Below, in pieces: positions 1 to 12,665 of a stretch of DNA of 64,000 nt. The translations under genes and the position numbers were made by a program. This DNA comes from Eledone cirrhosa (taxonomy: Eukaryota), in assembly GCA_964016885.1 (NCBI GenBank), contig OZ024746.1, positions 49,352,001 through 49,416,000 on the forward strand, given 5' to 3'. Every line of letters starts with the position of its first letter. Positions within the stretch are counted from its first letter, which is position 1. The notes under the pieces are model-generated. The model worked only from the letters and a program-made list of their open reading frames with translations, did not search any database and was not told the DNA's origin.

Positions 1-1688
1 CAGCTTCATCACAGACTTCACAAGTAAATCCAGCCTTTTCTACGGTATCCCTAAAGTACATAAAAGCGAATCAATAAGTAAGGCATGCAAGGAAGCCACA
101 GACATAGTCATCAATGTCCCTCACCCAATGATCTCAAATTAAGACCTATAATAGCAGGCCCCGCTTGCGAAACGCACCGTCTTAGCAACTTCATTGATAC
201 CCTTCTCAAACCCTTCCTCAAGCACATCAAAAGCTATATAAGGGACGACCTAGATATGCTCAATCACCTCCCTAATATGCCACTTTCTGAACAAACCCTA
301 CTAGTGACGTTCGATGTAGTCAACCCATACTCCAACATCCCCCACAACCTAGGAATAGAAGCTATCCAATTCTGGCTGGATAATTTCCACAATGAACTCC
401 CACAACGCATCAAAAAAGAATTCGTGATAGAGGGACTCAAATTTATCTTGGAGAACAATTACTTCGTTTTCAATAACAAACCCTACAGGCAGAAATCTGG
501 GACCGCTATGGGAACGAAAACAGCCACTACTTATGCCAACCTAGTCATAGGATACCTGGAAATCACCCTCTACACTAAAGTCCTAAATTAATTTGGAAAC
601 ACCCTCCACTTACACATTGAAAGGAACTGGAAGCGATATCTAGATGACTGCTTCATCCTTTGGCACGAAAACATCGAAAAACTTAAAGAATTTCACGCCC
701 TTATAAATGGGCTCAACACAAATATTAACTTCACGATGGAATACAGCCATCAACAACTCCCCTTCCTCGACATCCTCATTAAGATCCATAACAAAAAAAT
801 AGAAACAGACATATACTACAATCCCACAGACTCCAAGCAATATCTCCCCTTCAACTCTTGCCACCCTAGACACGTTAAAATTAATATTCCCTACAACTTA
901 GCCAAGAGAATCTGTACTATAGTCTCCAATAAAAACATCTGCTACTTACGGCTACAAGAACTAAAGGACACACTCATAGGCAGGGACTACCCTGCATCAC
1001 TAATTGACAATGGAATCCAACGTGCCCTAAAACTCAGTACCCAGGACCTTAGACACCCTAAAGTAAATCAACCGAAACTAAAAGCTCTTCCATACATCTC
1101 CACACACAACCCCCTCAACAATGAGGCCTTTGACACCATCCTCCAGAACATCCCTGTGTTGAAAAAGGACCATAGAATGAACCAAATCCTACGAACACAC
1201 GATATCATAAAGAGCAAAAGACAATCCAAGTCAATGAAAAACATCCTAACACATGCCAAAGTATAACAACGAAGCCCACAGTAAAAAAAATGCGATAGAC
1301 CCAACTGTGGCATTTGCATCAACCTAATAGAGGGTTCGGAATTCTATTTCAAAGAAGGACAACGTTTTATAGTAAACACAATTTCACATGTGCATCGGAA
1401 AATCTAATATATGTATTAACTTGCTCAGGTTGTCGAGAACAATACATAGGCCAGACCAAAAACAGCCTCCGCCAACGCATGACTGTCCATAGATCCCAAA
1501 TTAAAATACGGGAATACAGGAAAATACCACAGAGTGAACAGATTGATACCTGTGCCGCCCAAAATCATCCAAACTTCAGAATCTTTCCCCTCTACAAATT
1601 TAAAGATAATGCCACCCACACCCAGCGCATCAGCAAGGAATCTTACTTCATTAACAAATACGGACCCCGTCTAAACACTTCTCCCTAA
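1..1688 (+). mobile_element. Penelope-like retroelement (RT + GIY-YIG endonuclease), disrupted ORF, runs off the window start; Cys-rich linker suggests Neptune-type
   Basis: RT motifs across ORF pieces 85-591 and 736-1266: KVHK..LRPIIAG, LVTFDVVNPYSNIP, QKSGTAMG, WKRYLDDCF (~628-654), LPFLDI. Cys motif CDRPNCGIC at ~1290-1318. GIY-YIG motif NLIYVLTCSGCREQYIGQT..R...H in ORF 1314-1688. In-frame TAA at 589-591 and frameshifts. Confidence 0.93.
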
Positions 1689-1799
1689 GACGAACCCACA
1701 ACATATACACGTCAACATACAAACCTACATCAGCACACATCTCTACCACATACAATGACATACGTAAACACACATGCTCTATGGTGCAACACAAACAAA

Positions 1800-1833
<34 letters not shown>

Positions 1834-2303
1834 GTGAATATATGTATGTATATATATATATATAGTGAATATCATTTCACACCTTTTATTGTTAAGATTT
1901 TTTATGTTCTATTAAGAGAACCGATTTTACTGAAATAATCGAATAATGTACACCATTTTATCAGGGGAAAAAAAATACTGGTCCACACACACACACACAC
2001 ATATATATATATACACACACACATACACACGCGTACATTAACATACAAAGAGACGTATACACACACACACACACACTTCTCCGTATAAGACAAAAGCTGA
2101 AAAATATCTTTTGACATGCTAAAATACCCCCCACTGCTTACAGACACATTTCTACTGACCATCCCTGCTACCACGAATTACTCTGCTACACACACACACA
2201 CACACACACTTATCTTAATAGCCATTTGACACACATCCCTGCTAACCATTATCACAACATCGAACACCTTACTACTACTACTACACACACACACACACAC
2301 ACA
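1800..2303. repeat. Cluster of (TA)n and (CA)n microsatellites downstream of the Penelope ORF
   Basis: Directly visible dinucleotide runs. Confidence 0.9.
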
Positions 2304-2328
2304 TATTTGTTGTGAAAGAGTCATTTCT

Positions 2329-2573
2329 CAGTCTTGGCGCCAAATCAATTTTTTATTCACATGACCTCTACCGACCAATCAAAATTGTTTTGACCACAAG
2401 AATTTTTGCAAACACCAAGTAGCGCTGGAGCCACTTTTTAACATAAAACCAGTCTTGGCGCAAAATCATTTTTTAGATTCACATGACCTCTACCGACCAA
2501 TCAAAATTGTTTTGACCACAAGAATTTTTGCAACACCAAAGTAGCGCTGGAGCCACTTTTTTAACATAAAAAC
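2329..2573 (+). repeat. Tandem duplication of a ~121-bp unit, probably part of the Penelope pseudo-LTR
   Basis: Two near-identical copies starting CAGTCTTGGCGC at 2329 and 2450, each with GACCAATCA and ending AACATAAAA. Confidence 0.9.
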
Positions 2574-2633
2574 AGGTAGAATTCCCAAAACTAATCAGAT
2601 CAGAGCAAACAACACGGGCACTCTATCTCAAAA

Positions 2634-2676
2634 TTATTTTTGAAAAGCATTTAGAAATGCGCAACCGGTAAAAAAC
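2634..2676 (+). ncRNA. Minimal type I hammerhead-ribozyme variant of the Penelope pseudo-LTR
   Basis: TTGAAAA (2640-2646, U3-A8 core), stem II GCATT-taga-AATGC, GCAA in place of GAAA, palindromic ACCGGT stem III, GUA triplet. Stem I is a weak T/A helix. Confidence 0.6.
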
Positions 2677-2792
2677 TTAAAAACTTAAAACCACAACTGA
2701 ATACTAACCCATACAATTATTAATACTCTTTTATTCCTAATTAAACCATTTTTCAACTGTGAACAATTTGTCAGCATTTTCTATTCCGTTTA

Positions 2793-2933
<141 letters not shown>

Positions 2934-3505
2934 TGTATCTTTAACCTCTCTAACAATCACTCTCTCTGTTAGCCTCTTCCTCACCCTTCACTCACTCACT
3001 CTCTGTTACTACTTCTCCTCCTCCCCCTCCTTCTTCCCGTTTGACCTGTGCGTAATTCTTTTCTTTCGCACGCTTGGCCAGGCTGGTTCGCCTTATCTCT
3101 CTCGTCTACGATTTTACAGAACTTATGTTCACCGAATTCACAGACTAGATTCCTTCTTCCTCCCGTTAGACCTGTACGGAATTCCTTCCTTGTTCACATT
3201 CCAACCAGGTTTGATGGTCTATATTCTCTCTCGTTCACGATTTCACCGAACTTATATTCATAGAAATTTGGGACTTGACTCGTTCTTCCTCACTTTTCGT
3301 TGCTTCACCATCTTTGTTTGTTTACACTCTCGCTGTACCCTTTATTTACGTGTCCCAACGATTTTTTTAGCCGTTGCTCGCACCAACCGGAGGTATATGG
3401 TCTTTAAAGCGAAGAAATAACTGTGATGGTTGGAAGATCACTGATGAAGGACCACTTTATTCATATATATATATATATAAAGGAGGAACATAATCAATAC
3501 TATGT

Positions 3506-3564
3506 AGTAGACGTAATTTCGATATAATTCAATTATTTAAATATAATTAACTATTTCTAGTACC
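3506..3564 (-). pseudogene. Degenerate hammerhead motif, likely a second Penelope pseudo-LTR remnant
   Basis: Minus strand: GGTA-CT[GATG missing]A, long stem II GAAATAGTTAATTAT/ATAATTGAATTATATC, then GAAA-TTAC-GTC-TACT. Confidence 0.45.
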
Positions 3565-5902
3565 TCGTTTGAGACAGGTCTTTACATAATATGATTCCAG
3601 CGAGAACCTTGTAGTAGTAGGTTATATTAGCTATATGTGTTTATGCGTGTCAGCCTGTTAGAGCGTATGCGCGGGTGTTTGTATTTGTGTGTATGTGTAT
3701 GTGTGTCTGTGTTTATGCATGTATGTCTGTGTGCACGTGTATGTGTATGTGTACACAGAATAACTGAAAGTTTACGACATTTGCCTACAAGACACGCGAT
3801 CCTGGGTTTGATCCTTCTCTGTGTCATCGTGGACATGTGCATTTACTATAGTCTCGGGTCTGTACAATTCTTGTGAGTACATTTGGAGAGACGGATACAC
3901 TGCAGAAGCCTGTCGGTTTGGTTTTACCTGTAACTCTATATCCAGCCATGCCACATACTGTCACACCGATGCTGCCCCGGTTTACGTTGAGTATCCATGT
4001 CTGTGGAATACTCAGACACTGATTTGCTAATTCAAAGAACAGTTGATTCAGTTAATTTAACAACTGAACAACTATCATCAAACCCGACGGAGATCCCTTT
4101 ATGTAACTTTTTTGTCACTAAATCTATTTGTATATTATTGATAATGATTTCTTTATAGTTATTGTAATGGCGTAATAGCTAGAGAATCTGCGTTTCATGA
4201 CATGACAGACTGAGAGGTAAACAAAATGGGGGATGATTTGTTGATCTTCATTCTATCTATTCAGAAATGTTGCGTTTTAAATACATTGATCTATCAATTG
4301 GACACACGGATACGATCAAATACATGCATGTAATGATGCGGTAACCTAACCGAAGAACTAATGTACCAGAGGTAATACTTTGTAGTATTTTGTGTATTCC
4401 CGTTCATAGTTTGAGTTTAAGTTCTGCTTCCCCGACTGCCTTTCCTTTTTGTTATTTTAATCTATATTATTCTGCTCTGCAAATCTCTGGCTTCTATCAT
4501 ATTTAAACGAAGTGAGGAAGAGATGTAAAAGAAAACTTTGTTTAGATCCCCATTTCCGAAGACAGGGCAATATCATAGACGCTTATTACGACCTTCAAAA
4601 TTGATATGAGATATTGGGGGAGCTATTTTTAAAAGGGAAAGGTGGCCAGAACATTTACACCACAGAAAATTCCACTAAAACACCTAAGGACCAGGTTGTG
4701 GTGCGAAATCCTGTGAAGGATCATGGTTACAAACAATACAGAACACAGTGGAATTGACACAAAGATCACAAAGAACTGCTAGATGGATGACAGCTTTCGA
4801 TTAGTAATTTAAGTATTCAATCTAGAATTATGAAACGAAAATGTTGACTTTGGAGTACTGAATACTGTGAGGTTCGTATCTGTGGTTTCAGAACCATAAA
4901 AATATTTATACTAAAATAAAAGTTTTCTATTTGAAAATTTTTTGTTCTCCGATACGAAAGATTAGTTCCGAATCCTCGATTCCACATCTCCCAAACTAAC
5001 AACATTAGAACTTACCCAAACTCATGAATTTCATAGTAAAATATTGTCGAACACAGACAACCACTGGTTTCCCTAGACTCTATTTTGTTTATGGATTTAA
5101 TACTGTTTTACTTATAATTCAGAGATAAACTAACAAGATAGAAATGTATTTATCTTATTACTACAAGATTTTAGCTACTGAGATTTTGTAAAGTTCATTT
5201 CAGTGCATTTTTTTAAAGGCGTAAATCATCGAGCCAAAATCGAACTTTCATGATGTCGCTTAACCTACTGGAAATAGCAGTCTTATAAACAGAAAGACAC
5301 TAAAACATTTAGCCCTAGTTACATGATAAAGTAGGATTTCCACGAGTGGGACACTTTTTATCATCGATCTGGAGCAGATCGATGTTCCAGAATGGCTAAG
5401 TTTAAACATCAGTTCGAATTCATTAAATATGGAAGTTTTAATATTTCTATTTTTTAGTTTATCAAGACATATGAATAAAGTATTTTAGTCGTGACCATCA
5501 AGATTTTTAGTAATATGTGAAACAAAATTATTTCATGTAGTTTATTCTCAATTAATTAAGATGTTGTGTGTGATTTGATTGAGATTTCGTTGCTGGCTAA
5601 AATAAGACGAGGGGCCTCGCAGATGTTCCTTCGCTGGCTCTTGGGCGTGTTGTTCTTTGTTTGGGGTGTTTTCTCAATATGCCCACATTCAACTAGTTGT
5701 AGCTACTAAAAGTTTTGAAGAGCATTAACTATAATCTTTCCTTCTACTATAGTGCCTACACTGCAAAATAATTCCAAATATTGATTTATGTCTTGTACTG
5801 AAACTTTTTTTAAAGGTCAGAATAAAACTGTGTCGTGTACGTCTCTCCCAGAAGTACTGATGGTGGAAATAAAGAAAATTGGCTTTAGATATAAATAATA
5901 AT

Positions 5903-6163
5903 TGTTTCTACTTTTGGCACAAGGCCAGGAATTCACCAGTGCATTACTGGTACTTTATTTTTAAAATAATAATTGTTTCTACTTTTGGCACCAGGCCAGC
6001 AATTATCTCAGTGCATTACTGGTACTTTATTTTATCGACCCCGTAAGGATGAAAGGCAAAGTTAACCTCGGCGGGATTTGAACTCAGATCATAAAGGGAG
6101 GTAACTCTATGCTTCAAAGCATGGCGCCCGACCCTCTACCGATACTGCCAATCCACCGCCCTT
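5903..6163 (-). mobile_element. tRNA-derived SINE: 3' fragment (5903-5960) plus full copy (5974-6163)
   Basis: Family sense strand: GGGCGGTGGATTGGCAGTATCGG (A-box-like), GAGTTCAAATCC (B box), GCCTTTCATCCTTACGGGGTCGATAAAAT core, GGCCTTGTGCCAAAAGTAGAAACA end. Flanked by TTATTTT(T/A)AAAATAATAAT repeats. Confidence 0.92.
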
Positions 6164-6339
6164 ATTTTAAAAATAATAATAACTTGGGATTACAATCATA
6201 AGTTCAAATATTGATTTTTTACTTCAGTATAGACTCATGTTCATAACAGTCTCTTTATTGGTTTGGCCTGACGAAAGGTCTGTGTTTACTTCCTTCACAA
6301 TACCCATGGGAGTGATAAGATCTTGGTGGTTAATGTTCC

Positions 6340-6730
6340 CCTTGAATTGTTACAAATGACGACTAGGGGAAAAGAATAAGCTTCAAGAAAATTCCAGATG
6401 GTTGATGTCTGAGGAGAAAGGATTAGATGTAGAGATTAGAGTATAAGCTGTTGGTGGATACATAGGTGACGGGAATAAGAGAGACAAGTAAGTCGGGAAT
6501 ACTCGCGTAGGGTTTCTCGGAGGAGCACAGTCCACTGCAATAATAATGGTAGAAAAGGGAACGAAGAGTGATAGTGCCTTTGTGGTTAGAATGTGTAGAC
6601 AATATATTCTATATTTATCAGTCGGGTTCTTCGCAAACTAAGATGTTTCTATGTCTAGCAAAATTTTTAACCCAATTATGGGAGCAGAACTTCATTGTGG
6701 GTCACCCACGACATTTTATAGGTTTTGGAA
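6340..6730 (-). mobile_element. Heavily decayed CR1/Jockey-group LINE, C-terminal ORF2 remnant
   Basis: Minus-strand peptides PTMKFCSHNW (~6682-6710), SLFYHYYCSGLCSSE (~6517-6561) and PQTSTIWNFL (~6384-6413), in the order of the P.MEYCS.IW / LFYRYY / PRT..LWN.LP motifs of this group. Confidence 0.6.
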
Positions 6731-7062
6731 GTTGTTGAGTGATGTTGTATTTTCTGGTCTTGGAAATAGTCAATAAGATTATATTATCTTCCTCAGAGGC
6801 CTTAGAGTTACCAATGAAAGGAATTGAGCCCGGCTGTGAATCGAACAGATTTAAAAAAATCATATATGATCTTTGTTTCTAATTCATTACACCATTATAT
6901 ATAAACTTAATGTATATGTATTGGGTCAGGACCGTAGTCAAGAGGATGCCAGGTGATGCCCGGCATTCCCTATCAAAAGCAAATTTAGTTTTGGCATCCC
7001 CATCAAAAAAGATTTTATTTTAAAAATTAACACAACTGGTAAAGGCAAAATAAACCATTAAT

Positions 7063-7620
7063 TGTTTCTACTTTTAGGCACAAGGCCAGCAATTACCCAG
7101 TGCATTACTGGCACTTTATTTTATCGACCCCGTAAGGATGAAAGTCAAAGTCAACCTCGGCGGGATTTGAACTCAGATCGTAAAGGGACGTATCTATGCT
7201 GGAAAGCATGGCAAAATAAAACATTAATTGTTTCTACTTTAGGCACAAGGCCAGCAATTACCCAGTGCATTACTGGTACTTTATTTTATCGACCCCGTAA
7301 GGATGAAAGGCAAAGTCCAAAGTCAACCTCGGCGGGATTTGAACTCAGATCGTAAAGGGACGTAACTATGCTGGAAAGCATGGCGTCCGACCCTCTACCG
7401 ATACTGCCAATCCACCGCCCTTAAAATAAAACATTAATTGTTTCTACTTTAGGCACAAGGCCAGCAAATTACCCAGTGCATTACTGGTACTTTATTTTAT
7501 CGACCCCGTAAGGATGAAAGGCAAAGTCAACCTCGGCGGTATTTGAACTCAGATCATAAAGGGACGTAACTATGCTGGAAAGCATGGCGTCCGACCCTCT
7601 ACCGATACTGCCAATCCACC
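7063..7620 (-). mobile_element. Three tandem SINE copies (7063-7212, 7229-7422, 7439-7620)
   Basis: Same SINE family; copies separated and flanked by AAAATAAAACATTAAT-like sequence. Confidence 0.95.
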
Positions 7621-7847
7621 AAAACATTAATGACACAGAATAAGCCTATATAAGACAATATCACAATATTATACGGTTTGACTTGTATTTTGGACAAAGC
7701 ATATATACAATATACATATACGAATAGGAGGAGAGAGAATATACATACACATCTTATAATATCTTTCTATTTGTTTAAATATTTGCATGAGGTATCACAT
7801 GTATACAGGACATATTTTATATAATTACCTATCATTAATATATATAT

Positions 7848-8021
7848 TGGATTGGCAGTATCGGTAGAGGGTCGGACGCCAAACATAGAGTTACGGCCCT
7901 TGCCATTCTGAGTTCAAATCCCGCGGAGGTTTACTTTGCCTTTCATCCTTACGGATTCGATTAAATAAAGTACCAGTAATACACTGGGATAATTGCTGGC
8001 CTTGTGCCAAAAGTAGAAACA
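7848..8021 (+). mobile_element. SINE copy with a 15-bp target-site duplication
   Basis: ATTAATATATATATT at 7834-7848 and 8022-8036. Confidence 0.93.
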
Positions 8022-8631
8022 ATTAATATATATATTTTACTAAACAATATTTCTTTATTTTGTTTTGGCATCCCCATGTTTTAACATATATTCGAATGGC
8101 ATTACCTGGCAAAAAACCTGGCTACGGGTTTGTATTGGGTTGTAACATAAATTCCCGTCGTTTTCTATTAAGAAGTTTGATAACAACGGCAGGAATTTAT
8201 GTTACAATCCAAATATATTTGTATAACTCACTAACAACAAAATAAAACACACTAACACATCAAAGGTGTGTAATAGTTATGTTGTTATTCCTCCTGTATA
8301 AACTCAGCTCAACAGTGATGGAGGAAATGCTTGATCAAAGACATTCCAGCCTTGATCATCCCGTCTTGTAATATATCAAGTAGTACGTGGTCATACAGAA
8401 TGCTGAAAAACAAAATGTTGACTATCAAAATACTGACAGTCAAATGTCAACATGGCAGCATTTCGATGAGACAATATGCTAGCAGTTAAATTGTCGTCAT
8501 TCAAAATTTAAATAGCTTTAACTTGATAAAAACCTTATTTGTTTTAAAACTGAAGTAATTTCTTAAATACGTACGAGAAGGTTGCCAAAAATTCATAGAC
8601 AGTAAAAAACAAATTAAATGAATATTTGTTT

Positions 8632-8764
8632 TTAAATAAAGTAATATATTAAGGAGAAGAATGCTGTTTAAAAGAATCAGGAGAAGAATGCTGTTTAAAA
8701 GAATCAGGAGAAGAATGCTGTTTAAACAAAGTAATATATTAAGGAGAAGAATGCTATTTTAAAA
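8632..8764. repeat. Short minisatellite: AGGAGAAGAATGCTGTTTAAA, 4 copies with 27-bp and ~34-bp spacing
   Basis: Direct inspection. Confidence 0.85.
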
Positions 8765-10965
8765 TTAACGAAACTTATTGAAATGAAACTATAAATTGGT
8801 ATATTTGTGTTATTTATTTCTGTCACGTTAGCCACAAGATATATTTGTTTAATAATTAACTCAGTGTTATCTTATTCTATCTGGATTTTCTCGGCCAGTT
8901 TAGGCATGGTTTCATAGGTTATCGAAAGTCTTGTATTGAAAGTTTGTTGAGAATTGATTTTCCTGGGTAAATTCTAATCATTTTGGCTAAAAGTAAATCA
9001 TAACTCTATCTACGTGGCTGGGCACATTCGACGACTTCGTTTAACAAAGCCGAGCCATGTTCTGTCAATATAATTTAAATGATCCGTATAGCATTGTTTC
9101 TACTTCGTGGTGCAATAAGTTCACAATTTCAGTATATATCTTCCACTCGCCATGTAGAGAAACAAATGCTAAATCTCTTAGTTGAATGGTACAGAACTCA
9201 CTTTCTACTTTCTGAATTGAAATAACAATTTGTTAGTCCAAAATGTTCATTTTTGCACCATAAGAACCAAAGTGAAGCGAACAAACTATATATCACATTG
9301 AGAAAACACTTTCAGCGATGTTTAGAACAACGGTTTCCAATTCACTGGAAGTGATTTAGAATAGCTATTTCTCTTTTTAAGCAAATTGAAAATGATATCG
9401 TAAGATTTTTCGTCTTTATTATTGGTAATACAGAAAACTAAGAGTAAAGTGTTAGTTTCGGGAAATATAGCAGAAGGAGTATAAAACTACATTCCAAGAA
9501 GCAGGTAATAAAACGTCCCATTACTAAAACTTTTACTTGGTTATAACCTTTCATTGTTTAATAAATATAAACATCCTCATTTTCTAGCAATAAAGATTTA
9601 TCAACTATATTGTCGTTAGTGCTAAATCATTTTTAGCATCATTGCTCTTTCTTATTCGTTGTATACTGGGTGATAGTGAGTCTAATTTACAGTAACCAAA
9701 TAACAATGAAGCAGATTTTGTCAAGATTAAAAAATATATTCATATTTTTCAATATTTTGAAGAAACAGCATTTTGTCCTATTTTCAGTTTGTCTTGTTGA
9801 TATTTTGTTTTAGCATTTTTTCATGGCATTTTGTTTTATGCGTGTTATGACTGTCGGCGTTCTAACTACAAACTGTTAATATGTTTTTCTCAACTCCTAT
9901 AGTTTAATTTAGGAGATATAACCTATAAGATGTACTTTAACGATCAAAAATATATAGATGCTCCCTACCAAAGAAATCAATATCACACAGTTACAACCAA
10001 ATAACTGTGTGAATGATGTCTGGTTTGATAGCGTTAGCAACGGATGATGAAACTAATAGGTTTCCAGTCCACCAGTTCCCTTGAGTCGAACGTTCGTGTT
10101 CTATCACCATATCATATTTATTAAGTGGCCAAGATACTTAGCCTTCACTAACCAATAAGATGTTAAAAAATAGTCCGAGAAAAATGGTGGTGATCCATCT
10201 AGACAAACTTTGCCTATTGAACTTCCTTTGTTTTTTTGACAGTTGAAAACATTATTTTCTCTAAGATCATAAACCTCAGATTCCAGTGTTTCCCAATGCA
10301 TAAAAACTTATCCAAACCTACAAAATACAATTTCGCGTAAATCTGAGAAGGAATCGGAGATGCTTTTGTTGTTGTTATTTAGCCCCATTTAAGCACTGAT
10401 TCAGCAATTCTATGCTTAAAGGCTTTCCAGTTGTGATCATCACGTCTGTTCGTTTTCAGCCACAGTGTATTACTCAGACTCAATGTATTCTTCATTCGTA
10501 AGACGGAAAAGTGTAATTTAAAGATTTAGCTGCTATATCTAGCAGGTCAAATGGTCAGAGAGAAAATTCCTCGTTGTTGTTGTTTCGCCCTTGACTGGCC
10601 CTGTTTGAGTAGGATAAAACGAATACAATAGCCAATTTTACATTCCATTTTTAAGATAGTAGTGTATTATTTAAACAAGATTTTGATGCTATCTCAAATC
10701 GGCTGGTCAATCACATATATACTTCCTCATTGGCACCTATCGTGTGTATTATAACACTACTGCAAGCAGAACTAACGCTATAAATCTTAAAAGGGTTCAT
10801 TGGCTCCCAGCGTTGTGCCCAAATTCCCCATTCCTTCTTAAATAAGATACCTACGACATAGACTAGCGTATTGTTAAGACTTTGGTGTGTCAACACATTT
10901 CATTTTTTTCATTTAATTTTATTTTCAATAATCGTCCTTGTCTTTCATTATTGTGGATTAGCAGT

Positions 10966-11154
10966 AAGGGCGGTGGATTGGCAGTATTGGTAGAGGGTCG
11001 GACGCCATGCTTTGATGCAATGAGTTACGGCCCTTTCCATTCTGAGTTCAAATCCCGCCGAGTTTAACTTTGCCTTTCATCCTTACGGGGTCGATAAAAT
11101 AATGTACCAGTAATGCACTGGGTAATTGCTGGCCTTGTGCCAAAAGTAGAAACA
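10966..11154 (+). mobile_element. Full-length SINE copy
   Basis: AAGGGCGGTGGATTGGCAGT...GTAGAAACA, preceded by a short extra copy of its own 5' motif (GTGGATTAGCAGT). Confidence 0.93.
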
Positions 11155-11713
11155 ATTATATTAAGTACACTTCAAAATTGATATTATTTTCATTGGTTAA
11201 AGTTATCATGGTCAGCACATTAAATATGTTACTATATATTTCACTATTATTATAGGTCTAATCTTGTTTAAGTCCACGGAAAGTAAAACTCTATGAAGTC
11301 GAATAGATTAATTTGCTGCAATGAACGCAAGCCTGACATTTCGACTAGAACGACCAATCCCTTGTCATCAGAAAGAAGTGAAATGTATTTTTTTCTGATA
11401 ATGCAGAATAAATGAATAAGAAATAGTGTGCGAGAGGGGGCGAGAAAAGGAATAACAGTAGACAGTAAGGGAGAAGGAAGTGGGAGAATAAGGTGAAATA
11501 TGTAAGTAGAATTACAACGGTCAACATGGGGAAATAAACGACAAGTATGCTTAAAAACTCGAAAGAAAAAACGTGGGAAGAAAGGAGTTTAGATCAGGAA
11601 AATAAAGTTATAGAGAAAGTTGTGTATACGGAGAATGCGAAGAAAGAAAAAAGCAATAGTTAATGCCACTACTATTCTGTTCTTGCTTTTTCTTCAGTTG
11701 TTATTGCTGTTGT

Positions 11714-11714
<1 letters not shown>

Positions 11715-11749
<35 letters not shown>

Positions 11750-11797
11750 GGAGGAGGAGGAGGAGGAGGAGGAGGAGGAGGAGGAGGAGGAGGAGGA
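11715..11797. repeat. Compound (GAT)n(GAG)n microsatellite
   Basis: Direct inspection. Confidence 0.95.
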
Positions 11798-12240
11798 ATT
11801 GGGATTGGTATAATGTCGTTATGGAAACTATAACCAATCACCTGTATTGGTAATAATTCTGATTCTGGAAGCTTTAGTAAGTGGTTTCAATAGGATTTTT
11901 GTTTCAATAGATCGCAGATTTGTATCTACTTGCAATCATTCTACTACATCCTTCCTCAAGCTATCTAACTCAAATAATTAGCTCAGACAAGTTAGCTGGA
12001 TAATTCATATCCAGAGAAGATAACACTAGAAGCAGATGGTACGCAGTATAATTAATTGATAATCATTTTGCCTACATAGAGATCTTTGTAGTTATAATGA
12101 TCCCTCTGTAGCCAGAAGAATAAGGGCCATTATATTCTGATAAGAGGACAATAATCTCTGAATCCATGAAGAAAATCTATTATATTTATCTTTTGTTTGG
12201 TGTACAGAAAAATAGTTGATATTTCGTTCTCGAATTATTT

Positions 12241-12415
12241 GGTGGATTGGTAGAGGGTCTGACGCCTTGCTTTATAGCAAAGAGTTACGGCTCGTTCTGG
12301 TCTGAGTTCAAATACTGCCGAGGTTAATTTTGCCTTTCATCCTTACGGGGTCGATAAAATAAAGTACAAGTAATCCACTGGGATAATTTCTGGCCTTGTG
12401 CCAAAAGTAGAAACA
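12241..12415 (+). mobile_element. Diverged SINE copy
   Basis: Same family; AATTATTT on both flanks. Confidence 0.9.
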
Positions 12416-12540
12416 ATTATTTTTTAATGAGGTTTCTCATTTAAAAAAGAAATGTAAATATATTTGCATTAAATTTACTTTAAATCTTTTAATATACGGT
12501 GTGTTCTGAATTGATATTTATTTTATCTATGTGAATTTAG

Positions 12541-12665
<125 letters not shown>

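Noticed and set aside
5974-6163. tRNA gene call for the SINE head
   Set aside because: A and B boxes are present, but I could not fold a cloverleaf, and the sequence is part of a dispersed repeat with target duplications.
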